Shown in pieces: positions 18,162-27,500 of a DNA stretch of 44,853 nt. Position 1 is the first letter of the stretch. The number at the start of each line of letters is the position of its first letter. The DNA is from an uncultured archaeon (GTDB lineage Archaea > Aenigmatarchaeota > Aenigmatarchaeia > CG10238-14). A program made the translations under genes and the position numbers. The notes beneath the pieces were generated by a model. The model saw only the letters and a list, made by a program, of their open reading frames with translations, had not been told where the DNA came from and ran no database searches. The stretch lies in the NCBI GenBank assembly GCA_964392445.1, contig CAYMPD010000007.1, positions 1 through 44,853 of the forward strand, given 5' to 3'.

Positions 18162-18324
18162 AAATAAAAAACAAATATTTCATTCCATAACAGATTTTGA
18201 AAAACATTATTTCCCGAAATCCTTCGAAGAAAATATTACAAAAAGGCAAACAGATGCTCGTAGTTTGGGGATTAATTTAGCAAAAGAATCCTTAGAAAAT
18301 ATGAGAAAACAGTTAATAAAATAA
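18148..18324 (+). CDS. Small basic protein (58 aa) coupled to the Ntn-like gene
   Basis: ATG 18148 with GGTGTGGG RBS, overlapping the upstream stop. Confidence 0.6.
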   Translation: MKKNKNKKQIFHSITDFEKHYFPKSFEENITKRQTDARSLGINLAKESLENMRKQLIK

Positions 18325-18332
18325 TAATTAAT

Positions 18333-18644
18333 TTATTTAGGAGAATAGAGTACGAGTAACATTTCCCTAACAAAGTTAATCAAGAACACGCTAGCAAGCA
18401 ACCAATAAGTAATGTGATAAGTTCTAGTATATTTCGTCCCCTTAAAACCAAAGTGGCTTGCAAGGAGAATGAATACTACTACCAATAACCCGTATATCCA
18501 CGCGATGGTATTGCCTCGGGAGAACATGAATCGCATGATCGGGTTTGCTTCAATCATTTTTTTGATCGGAACTGTCAGTGAGGCTATTACAAGTGATCCG
18601 ATAAAACTGATAGTGAAGATGGTTAATGGGATATAACGGTTCAT
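18333..18644 (-). CDS. Small membrane protein with EANP motif (DUF5658-like)
   Basis: Three hydrophobic segments; IEANPIM; family call from recall and weak. Confidence 0.5.
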   Translation of the reverse strand: MNRYIPLTIFTISFIGSLVIASLTVPIKKMIEANPIMRFMFSRGNTIAWIYGLLVVVFILLASHFGFKGTKYTRTYHITYWLLASVFLINFVREMLLVLYSPK

Positions 18645-18723
18645 GTTTATTGTTACATCTTTGTTAATAAATTGTTAATAGTTTGGTAGAAGATGTGAAT
18701 AATATTGCTAATAAAATGTAAAT

Positions 18724-18984
18724 ATGAAATGGAAACTTTACTCATTTGTAATTAGGTCTAAGAGAAGGAAGGATATATTGCTGTCTTTGGAAAAGGCTAT
18801 GACACCTACAGAGATAGGGGATAAGGTTGGAGCAAGTGTTTCTCATGTGTCTAGAACTCTATCTGATTTCCAAGATCGGGAATTAGTTGAGTGTGTTACA
18901 CCGAAGCAAAAGGTTGGTAGAGTATATAAGCTAACTGAAGATGGTATGGAAATTTTAGAATATCTTAAAAAGAAGGATAAATAA
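18724..18984 (+). CDS. ArsR/MarR-like wHTH regulator
   Basis: MTPTEIGDKVGASVSHVSRTLSDFQDRELVEC...RVYKLTEDG. Confidence 0.82.
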   Translation: MKWKLYSFVIRSKRRKDILLSLEKAMTPTEIGDKVGASVSHVSRTLSDFQDRELVECVTPKQKVGRVYKLTEDGMEILEYLKKKDK

Positions 18985-18986
18985 GT

Positions 18987-19397
18987 TTAATTTTCAATAA
19001 ATTTATTGATTATTTCCAATGCTTCTCTAGGGATCTTATGATCAATTTTTGTGATTTTGGATAATTCAAACCATTTAGCTTCATTTATTTCTTCGTTTGG
19101 AAATATTTTTTCTTTCGCTATAACTATGAAATTCAAAGATACAAATTGTATATTAGGTTTTTTGGGGTGGATAAACTCTTCATGGGATAAAAACTTCGTT
19201 TTCATGACCTTGAGGTCTAATTCTTCTTTCAGTTCTCTTAACAAAGCTTTTTCCACACTTTCACCATGTTCAACATATCCACCAGGTATGCTCCAAGACT
19301 TTCCCCACATACCATCAGATCTTCTAATCAATAAAATTTTGTTCTTTTTTTCGTTAAATATTATTCCAGCTGTTATCAGATCAACACTTTTTTTCAT
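18987..19397 (-). CDS. Nudix hydrolase
   Basis: Nudix box GGYVEHGESVEKALLRELKEELDL. Confidence 0.92.
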   Translation of the reverse strand: MKKSVDLITAGIIFNEKKNKILLIRRSDGMWGKSWSIPGGYVEHGESVEKALLRELKEELDLKVMKTKFLSHEEFIHPKKPNIQFVSLNFIVIAKEKIFPNEEINEAKWFELSKITKIDHKIPREALEIINKFIEN

Positions 19398-19407
19398 AAA
19401 TTAAACC

Positions 19408-19872
19408 TCATTCCAAAATTAACCCCCCATGATAAGTTCTCTCATATATTTCATCGGATCTAAAAAATATTCTCTCAGTTCCTTGAAATCTTTCTACATC
19501 ACCAACCACTTCATTTCTGTATTTAAATTCACCTTTTTGATGTAATTCAGGTCCCCTAAACGGCATGGAAGCATCTACTAAAGTTAGACATTCTTTAAGA
19601 AATCTAAATGTAGCTTTTGATAAATCCTCGTAACCTTCTCTCATTCCACCCATGTAATTCATTCCCCAGATCGGCTCATCATTTCTCCATACTATTTCCT
19701 GACCAATGTCATACCTACTCCCAAAGTAACTGTCTCTATATATGAATTCTCCCTCTTTGTATAGATAATCTTTTGATGCTGTTTTGGAAGAAGCAACTTT
19801 CTCTCCACCTGTTGCAAAAGTATTCCTTTTGGCTCTTGCGATAAATTCTGATAATTCTTTTGTATTAATCAT
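19408..19872 (-). CDS. DUF5680-like protein
   Basis: AKRNTFA...YRDSYFG...GQEIVW..DEPIWGMNYMG...FRGP...Y.GG pattern recognised from recall. Confidence 0.75.
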   Translation of the reverse strand: MINTKELSEFIARAKRNTFATGGEKVASSKTASKDYLYKEGEFIYRDSYFGSRYDIGQEIVWRNDEPIWGMNYMGGMREGYEDLSKATFRFLKECLTLVDASMPFRGPELHQKGEFKYRNEVVGDVERFQGTERIFFRSDEIYERTYHGGLILE

Positions 19873-20705
19873 TGAAAACCACCATGATGGAAATAAATTC
19901 GAGATTCTTTACCTAATCTTCTACATAACCTTTTTATTTCACCTTTTAAATCCCTCCAATACATCCTATCCCCCGATTCGTATATCTTTCTATATCTCGG
20001 TAAGAGTTCAGGTACATTTTTCTCTAAAAACCTATAAACTCTTCTACGATTTGTGGGCCTTAAATTCAGATTTTCAAACATAAAATAATCCACAAATGGA
20101 GCAGAGAGTTCTAGGATTTCATCTATTTCAGTTATATAAGGAAATATGGGAGAAACAAATACATAGGTTCTTATACCTGATCTTTTACATTTTTTCAGGG
20201 CGGATATTCTTTTTTTTTGGGAAGCTGCAACGGGTTCCAATTGTTTGCTATAATTCCTGTTTAAGGTTGCTATAGAGATACCAACAGTTACGTCATCAAA
20301 TCTTCTTAAGATGTCTAGATCTCTCGTTACTAAACCTGATTTTGTTAATATCTCAATACTTGGTTGCTCATTAACGAGTTCTTCGAGAATTCTCCTGGTA
20401 AGCCTATACCGACCTTCAAGTGGTTGATAAGGATCTGTTACTGAACTGAACAGTAATGTCTTCCCTCTATATTGTCCATGGGCATTTACTAATTCAGGTG
20501 CATTTATTTTAACATCAACAAAACTTCCCCATGGTTCATCATGACCCGTAAATCTTTTCATAAACTCCGAATAACAATAAACACAACCATGCTGACAACC
20601 TACATATGGATTCACAACGTAATCTGCATCTGGGAGCTTGCTTCTGGTTATTATTCCCTTTACATTAATTTCCCTCACTTTAGGTCTTCTACTCATCTCT
20701 TTCAC
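19869..20705 (-). CDS. Radical SAM protein, spore photoproduct lyase-like (COG1533)
   Basis: VNPYVGCQHGCVYCY (CxxxCxxC), SSVTDPYQPLE, ILTKS. Confidence 0.88.
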   Translation of the reverse strand: MKEMSRRPKVREINVKGIITRSKLPDADYVVNPYVGCQHGCVYCYSEFMKRFTGHDEPWGSFVDVKINAPELVNAHGQYRGKTLLFSSVTDPYQPLEGRYRLTRRILEELVNEQPSIEILTKSGLVTRDLDILRRFDDVTVGISIATLNRNYSKQLEPVAASQKKRISALKKCKRSGIRTYVFVSPIFPYITEIDEILELSAPFVDYFMFENLNLRPTNRRRVYRFLEKNVPELLPRYRKIYESGDRMYWRDLKGEIKRLCRRLGKESRIYFHHGGFQ

Positions 20706-21453
20706 CCAAGGTTTCTATAAAACATAATGCTCTTAAAAATATTTCTATAGTATCTACATTAAATACATTTTCTGGCATTAGTTCATATCCTACAGTTCCA
20801 CCGCCTTTTAAAACTTCTTTAATAATTGAAGTTTCACCTTCTATTCTATTATCTTCTGTAGTTCTCTCAAATAGCCTATCAATTCCATTAATTGTCCTTG
20901 GTGTATATCCAAATATCACTGGAGATTGCCCTACATATTTAACCTTCTCATCAATGCCTTTCACAACCCCCTCTTCAACATCCACCAACCCATCTCTAAT
21001 AAAATCATCATAAACAAAAGTTAATATATCATAATTTCCTTCCAAAAACCTTCTTAATAATCTTTGTGATGCATCTGGGCACCCAATAGTATCAGAATGC
21101 ATTAACATAAGAGCATCTTCGTATAAAGAAAAGGCGTCTCTTATATCTAAATATCTGTTCCCGTCAAAAACTCGCAGACTAACGTCATCCCTTCCTAATT
21201 CAGATACCCTACTAACCACCTTATCTTTTTGTGAAGAGAACGTAGAAACTACTATTTCATCGAGTTCTGCGGGAAGTGAAGCGATACTGTATTCAAGAAG
21301 AGCTTTTCCATTTACTGGTAGCAAGCATTTGGGGTTCATAGGATACCTTGACCACTCTCTTAATTCCATTAACTTTGGAATATCATCATAGTCGGGAATA
21401 CTATTTCTTAATCTATTTCCATATCCTCCCGCGAAAACAAATCCTCTAACCAT
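20689..21453 (-). CDS. Nucleotidyltransferase (NTP_transferase, GT-A fold)
   Basis: FAGGYGNRL...PKCLLPVNGKALLEY with an insertion of about 20 aa between the motifs; MHSD; FNVDT. Confidence 0.82.
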   Translation of the reverse strand: MVRGFVFAGGYGNRLRNSIPDYDDIPKLMELREWSRYPMNPKCLLPVNGKALLEYSIASLPAELDEIVVSTFSSQKDKVVSRVSELGRDDVSLRVFDGNRYLDIRDAFSLYEDALMLMHSDTIGCPDASQRLLRRFLEGNYDILTFVYDDFIRDGLVDVEEGVVKGIDEKVKYVGQSPVIFGYTPRTINGIDRLFERTTEDNRIEGETSIIKEVLKGGGTVGYELMPENVFNVDTIEIFLRALCFIETLGERDE

Positions 21454-21906
21454 TTATATCACATCCAGCAATTCCCGAACAGATTCTGTGACATAATCCC
21501 CGTTCTTAGCGTCTTCAAGACTAAACCATCTTACTTCAGCTATTTCAGATGAATCGGGCTTGATATCCCCTTTAGCTGTTACTACATAATTTAATGAAAC
21601 AAAATGTCTTACTAGCTCAATTCCATCATAAACTCTATTATTTTGGAATCTTAAAAAACTACATGAGTTCATATCCAAATTCAATTCTTCTCTTAATTCT
21701 CTTCTAAGGGATTCTTCTGGAGTTTCACCATATCTCATACGACCACCAGGAATACTCCATTTATCCTTCCACAATCCATCCGTTCTTCTTATTAAAAGTA
21801 TAGAGTCATAGTCCTGAATGGTCGCTACTGGTGAATATTGATTATCCACATAATTTCCTAAAATTATTCCAGCTACTACTACACTTACATCATCCAATTC
21901 TATCAC
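21454..21906 (-). CDS. Nudix hydrolase
   Basis: Nudix box GGRMRYGETPEESLRRELREELNL. Confidence 0.92.
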   Translation of the reverse strand: MIELDDVSVVVAGIILGNYVDNQYSPVATIQDYDSILLIRRTDGLWKDKWSIPGGRMRYGETPEESLRRELREELNLDMNSCSFLRFQNNRVYDGIELVRHFVSLNYVVTAKGDIKPDSSEIAEVRWFSLEDAKNGDYVTESVRELLDVI

Positions 21907-23060
21907 TCTATATATAACGGGTCTGATTTATCAAACATTCTTTCAAATGGGTCTTCCCTGTCACTATATAAATAAGCAAAAATTTTACAGTGAGGAGGAT
22001 TCTCATCTAAACGACCCCAGTATCGCCTTCCCTTTTCATTACTCAATAATTCATCAACACGGGTATCCACAAGGCTGCCTAACACAAATGCGTCATTTAA
22101 TGGTTCTCCTTTGGGTCCAATTGCCCAAGCATCCGTAAGCAATATTCCACGGGATGTCAAACCCAAACCTTCTCTGTATAAATTACAAGGATTTACACCA
22201 GAAGTATAATATAATCCCTTTAAAGCACATTGTAACTTAACTGTTGGGCTACCGAGTTTTGCTTCCATATCCATCAAAGTTTCAATAGCCCTTATATATT
22301 GATCTCTTGTTGGAATACCGTCTGTCTTTTCAAATCCCCTTCCTACTGGGAAGTATCTCATTGGTTCAACTACATCAATACCTGCACCATGAAGGTTTTC
22401 ATAAAGAAGCCTTAACAAACCTTCTTCAATATTTCTCATATGTAAGGGCATCAAAGCCATAATCCTCAACCCATCTCTTTTAAATAAGCTTGCTCTTCCC
22501 AGATTCTGGTTATTATAACCACTCGGTCTAATGGGATCGAATCTGCCATCAGCATTATCATACGTAAATTCCATCCCAGATATGTAAGGAACTAATTCTT
22601 CGGGTTCTCTCATGGCTAAACCAACTCCAGTTGTACTTACTCCTAAATTTTCTCTGCCAAATTTCTGAGCAGCATATCTAATAACTTCAAGATTATCAGA
22701 ACAGATGAGAGGATCTCCACCTGAAAAGTCCAATTCAAGTCTCTTACTACCTTCGAGATGATCTATAACCTGTAACTTTTCTTCTAATGTCAATTCTAAA
22801 CCCTGCTCTTGTCTGAATCTCTCTGCTTGGTCATATAAACTTAGACTTCCATCTCTATCTAGATAATCAGTTCGAGTTAGTCCTTCTGATCGTATTCTCA
22901 CCTCATCTCTATCTCTAGTGACATGTACAGCATCTACACAACAAATATCACAATCCCAAGGACAAATTGTACTAATATTCCAGATTATATCCAAATCATT
23001 TAAGTATGGGTTTGGGTCAGTTCCATTTCTATCGTCTGAAACTAGATCTGGATTTGACAT
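21903..23060 (-). CDS. Radical SAM protein with partial SPASM/Twitch-like C-terminus
   Basis: WNISTICPWDCDICC (CxxxCxxC), DFSGGDPL, STTG; C-terminal LQC...NPC...TDAW...PHC. Confidence 0.88.
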   Translation of the reverse strand: MSNPDLVSDDRNGTDPNPYLNDLDIIWNISTICPWDCDICCVDAVHVTRDRDEVRIRSEGLTRTDYLDRDGSLSLYDQAERFRQEQGLELTLEEKLQVIDHLEGSKRLELDFSGGDPLICSDNLEVIRYAAQKFGRENLGVSTTGVGLAMREPEELVPYISGMEFTYDNADGRFDPIRPSGYNNQNLGRASLFKRDGLRIMALMPLHMRNIEEGLLRLLYENLHGAGIDVVEPMRYFPVGRGFEKTDGIPTRDQYIRAIETLMDMEAKLGSPTVKLQCALKGLYYTSGVNPCNLYREGLGLTSRGILLTDAWAIGPKGEPLNDAFVLGSLVDTRVDELLSNEKGRRYWGRLDENPPHCKIFAYLYSDREDPFERMFDKSDPLYIE

Positions 23061-23116
23061 ATTTTACCCCCCCCATATTCCAAATTTGCTAGTTATACTT
23101 TTAAGTCTTATGTTTT

Positions 23117-23275
23117 TTATAACTCACTAATAGTTACATGAATTGAGCCTTTTTTCCCATCTTTTTTTATGTTTAATAGAAGCCGAGGAGACCTCTCAGT
23201 CTCCATCAACCCAGCAATCTCCGAACCAAACAGTTCTTCATTAACTCTTCTAACAGTTGTATTTACACTTTGCAT
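23117..23275 (-). CDS. 52-aa small protein (below ORF-track cutoff)
   Basis: MQSVNTTVRRVNEELFGSEIAGLMETERSPRLLLNIKKDGKKGSIHVTISEL; strong GAGGTGA RBS just upstream. Confidence 0.62.
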   Translation of the reverse strand: MQSVNTTVRRVNEELFGSEIAGLMETERSPRLLLNIKKDGKKGSIHVTISEL

Positions 23276-23498
23276 AGCACATCACCTCTGGGAGGACACA
23301 CACGGAAGGTTCATAATAAGAGTTACTGCGAAGCGGGAAGGATTAATTTAGAACCTGTGAGTTGATCTGGACAAGAGGGATGTGCGTATATGCGAAGTTA
23401 GAACAACTGAAAGGAAGATATCCACGGGACTCAAATATAGGATTGCCATTTATTTTTTTTGGATGGTTAGAATAATTTTTAGAGAAATAGAATAATTT

Positions 23499-23810
23499 TT
23501 ACATGATAAAAATAATTATCGTGATAGAGAAAGTTAGAAAGTAATATAAAAAAACGAGAACTCCGACTTTTTCTCTAAAATCGCTTTTTTCTGGATTTAT
23601 TAAACCTTTTATATCATTTACTAAATCACTTAAAAACCATATTGACAAACCTACTACTATTCCCTTTATGCAATATTTCCTTACAAGTGCTACATCTATA
23701 CTCCTAGTTTCGATAAATAAAGAGAGAATAAGGATTATACCAGATAAATACAGAATATATTTGTAGAAAGTACTAATGGCGAATTTTTGAAATAAACCCG
23801 GTGTTTTCAT
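23499..23810 (-). CDS. Small membrane protein
   Basis: Three hydrophobic segments. Confidence 0.65.
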   Translation of the reverse strand: MKTPGLFQKFAISTFYKYILYLSGIILILSLFIETRSIDVALVRKYCIKGIVVGLSIWFLSDLVNDIKGLINPEKSDFREKVGVLVFLYYFLTFSITIIIFIM

Positions 23811-23867
23811 AATATTTCTTTTATCTTAAAAATATAAATTTGGAAGAGCTCACTACTAAAGATATAT

Positions 23868-24476
23868 TCATAGATTACACCTATCACAATCCCCATTAAA
23901 CCTACAACTTCTGCATTTGTTGGCATTGGTTGTTGGTACTGGAACTCTTTTCCCGTTAAGAATGTCAAGTATTCTCTGCGTGGTTTCTTTGACCATATCT
24001 CTATGTCTGTTAGCAAACGGTTTCTCCCAAAACACTTGCTGAGTATCCCTGTTTCTTAGAACGGCTATAAGCGGCATTCCAGGATCAAGGTATTCCTCAA
24101 AAGCTAAACAATAGCCCCATACCTGCTTCTTGTTGGACATGTAAGCGTATGTGCCTGGTTTGTCGTCTATTATCACTATTTGACTTGGACTGAAATGCAC
24201 TTCATCTATAAGACCGTAAAGCAATTTTCCTCTTACTTCTAACTCTCTTGCGATTAGTGTGATTTTCTCCTTTTTAGATTTCTTCAGAGTTTGCTTGGGT
24301 GTTAATTCTAACTCTGCTTTCTTTTCATGCTCTTTTTCTAATTCAGAATGAACTTTTTTACCTAATTTCATTTTCTTTGTTTCTTCTGCTCTTACTCCCC
24401 TGACTCGTTCCAGGAAGATCTGATACTCACAATATGCTTGTGTGTTAAGTAGGCTTATTGGTATCTCGTTAATCAT
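23868..24476 (-). CDS. Solo Cas4-like PD-(D/E)XK nuclease with 4-Cys Fe-S motif
   Basis: AYCEYQ, GKKVH, GLIDEV, IIDDKP, QVWGY, KCRSCRFNGDC; no CRISPR array seen. Confidence 0.85.
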   Translation of the reverse strand: MINEIPISLLNTQAYCEYQIFLERVRGVRAEETKKMKLGKKVHSELEKEHEKKAELELTPKQTLKKSKKEKITLIARELEVRGKLLYGLIDEVHFSPSQIVIIDDKPGTYAYMSNKKQVWGYCLAFEEYLDPGMPLIAVLRNRDTQQVFWEKPFANRHRDMVKETTQRILDILNGKRVPVPTTNANKCRSCRFNGDCDRCNL

Positions 24477-24527
24477 TGGATTAGAAATGGTAGATTAATC
24501 TTTTAAGACTTAAGGAAATTCTCTTTG

Positions 24528-27500
24528 TTATTTATTACTATTAAACTCCTCAATAATCTTGATTTTTTCAGGATTAAGCCCATATAATTTATAAACTAAT
24601 TGATCAATTTCTTTTTCTAGTTTTTTGACTTTTGCTTGTTTCTCAGGATTATCTAAATATTCGCTATCTTTAGTTATCAAGAGGATTTTATCTACTAGTT
24701 TTATGATGTCTGAAGTATTTCGAAGGTCCTTTGGGATTGGGATTTTATCTAAATATTGCGTGTGATACTTGTAGAACCCTCCAGAAAACATCGGACTGAT
24801 ATTTCTTATGAAAAAATCTATTAAAGGACTATTCAAAAGGGCGGTAAATATTTTGTAATTTTCCAAATCTTTCTGTCGTAAGATTATAGCGTAACAGTCA
24901 TGGTCTATACACATGAAATTATTCTTGTCGCTAAAATCATCTAATGCAAAACGATTTCTCTTGGATAAATTTGGGGTAATTATTTTTTTGGTTGCAAACA
25001 CTTCTATAGTACGTGGGTTCCAAATCTCATACCACTCCTTTCCCGCTTTAATTACATACGTTCTTTTCTTAAGTTGAGATTTATGAGTTTCTAAGTAAGT
25101 TTTTGTATTTGGAAAATTATTTAAATTTACTAATGAGGTTTTCCCATCTCTTAATTCATATGGATAAATTACATAACGATTGTCCCATCCAATGAAATAC
25201 TTTTTGATTTTCCTACCTTTAGGTAACTTTTTGATTAATTCAGGTTCGAGATTATGTTTTTTTATCGTCTCTTTATTTACAAAATAAGCTTTATTATTCC
25301 CCGTAATTAGTCCTTCATAGATTTTTTCACTATGGGTAGCTAAATTATCATATTTACTACTTTTTAACTTTTTCAGGAGTTTTAATATCTTCTTGTTGAC
25401 AAAAACCCAATTGTTCTTATCCAAATTAGATTGGTTGTATTTAAACGATGAAATATCTTCATTTTCAAATTTAGGTAAGCCTTTGGATAGGTTTAAACTA
25501 TGTAACAAACTCGAAGAGATTTGTTTAACATTAGCATAATAGATAATATTATCCTCGAGCTTTTCCTTTCTAAGCAAAATTATACATGGATAATTAGTTG
25601 CCCCCTCAAAAACTCCTTTATCACTGAAATCTATATAGATATTAATTGAGGTATGCTTCAATATAAATTCACGTATCTTACGACCGTAATGGGTATTGGT
25701 AAATTTATTTGGCATGATATATGATATGCTACCTCTTTTTCTTAAGATTTTGATCCCTAATTCCGTAAAAAGCACATAGAGATCAAATTTCCCTTTGGCC
25801 GAAATGAAGTTTGACTTATAGGCAGACTTAATTTCTTTATCAATTGATTGTATTCTAACATATGGTGGATTTCCTATAACAACATCAAATCCCGGATTCT
25901 CCCTCTGAAAAACTTCTGCAAAATACAATTTCCATAAGAAAAATGGTTTTGCTTTGTTCTTTTTATATTGTTTTAATTTTTTCATGGATTTCTCATTACC
26001 CTGTTCTTTGAGTGTTTCTTCAATTAATTCCCATTCTAATCTGTTTATTTTTTCTTTATGTTCTCTCTTGAGTTTCCTATTTTGTTCATTGAAGAATTTC
26101 TTCTGTAATTTTTTTAGGTCTTTTAGTTTTATCTGAGATTCCCTTATTCTTCTTTGCACAGCTTCATTCAAAGTTAAATTCCTTTCATTGTTATTGAATT
26201 TTGAAATAATCTTCTCCTTCTTCTTTCTTAGTCGTCGAATTTTTCTATCTATATCTTTTAGATTCTTTTCATCGGAACCTTTTCTGGCAATAATTCCCTT
26301 CTCTTCATATAATTCATTAATTTCATTATCAATTTCTTTTATTTTAGGAGAAACTTTCTCTTCAACTTCCCCAAGTAATCTCTCATCAAAAAGCTTGATC
26401 CCTTCAAATTCTTCTAATAAACTGTTACCACACATTATCTTATGGTCTAGATTTGGTAAGGGATTAATATTGGTTATATCCGTCTCATCTACAATTAAAG
26501 ATAACCACATCCTCAACTTACAAATCTGTACAGCTGATGGTTCAATATCAACCCCGTAAAGAGAATCTTCTATTATCTTCTTCTTCATATCATAGACATT
26601 CTCTTCTTTCCCAGAATATATTGATAATATGGATTGAGCTTTCTTTATTTCTTTCAACATGCCGATAAGAAATGCACCTGATCCACATGCCGGATCAACT
26701 ATTTTTATTTTCCCTAATAGACTATTGATCCTTTCTTGATTTTTCTCAATTGAATTCGGAATTATGCTTTCTTCATCCACATCACGTAACTCCCCATATC
26801 TTCTCCTTTGCTCCTGTGCTCTTATTGTTCGATCAAGGACTACATCTCCCATTTGGACAAATTTCTTAATGTCTTTATGAGGTATAGATATGTTTGTTTC
26901 AAGGTAGTTTATTAAACTCTGCTGGCACATATAATGAACTATTTCTCTGGGAGTATAGTATGCACCTTTAGATTTTCTCTCTTTGACATCTAGCAGTTTC
27001 TCAAAAACTTTACCTAGCATTTCTGGATCAACAGCAACCTCCTTTTCTAATGGTTCATCTTCTTTTACCGTAAAATTAAACCTATCAAAGGTATCAAAAA
27101 TTTCCTTGAAAATGGAATTATCCAGAGTTATCTCTGTCCCAGCCCAATCGTAATCATTTATAGGTTCAAATAAACCACCATTCAAGAAAGGAATTTTACA
27201 ATTAAACCTGCTATAATAGTCATGGTTAGCTCTCCTATCTTCTGCCAATGCTTCATAAAACAAGGGTTCTAATATTTCGTTAAAAAAGTTATCGTAATGA
27301 ACTATTCCCTTTTCAAATAGTTTTCTCATGAAATCTTTAGGTCCTGTTCCCCATTTATAAAAACCTTCTCCTGGACTCTTTTTAACCCCGAGCCATCCCT
27401 TCTTTTGTAAGAAATATAGGAATACAATTTGTCCCAACAATTTTTTAGCAAAATCAATGGTAGAAATATTTTTCTTTTCAAACTCTCCTTTGACATATTT

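Noticed and set aside
21903-23060. Calling the first radical SAM a viperin
   Set aside because: The sequence around CxxxCxxC (WNISTICPWDCDICC) does not match the viperin N-x-H-F-T-R-x-C-N-Y-x-C-x-F-C-F pattern as I recall it; the analogy is functional only.
23258-23366. Plus-strand frame with C2H2-like CIYTLHSTSPLGGHTRKVH
   Set aside because: First Cys and a convincing start are missing, and it overlaps the antisense 52-aa ORF that has a strong RBS.
23422-23431. 10-nt match (CCACGGGACT) to the 5' end of tRNA-Gln (38963-38972) as a possible att site
   Set aside because: Too short to be significant in 45 kb, not at an integrase-adjacent boundary, and the 15-bp repeat explains the element ends better.
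23468-23501. 14-bp direct repeat TAGAATAATTTTTA with period 20
   Set aside because: Very AT-rich, two copies only, and no evidence for a target-site duplication or function.
23807-24016. 69-aa ORF overlapping the Cas4-like gene
   Set aside because: Mostly an alternative frame within the Cas4-like CDS, with no recognisable features.
23810-24528. CRISPR array or mini-array near the Cas4-like gene
   Set aside because: No regularly spaced repeats were seen here or anywhere in the window, and no cas1/cas2.
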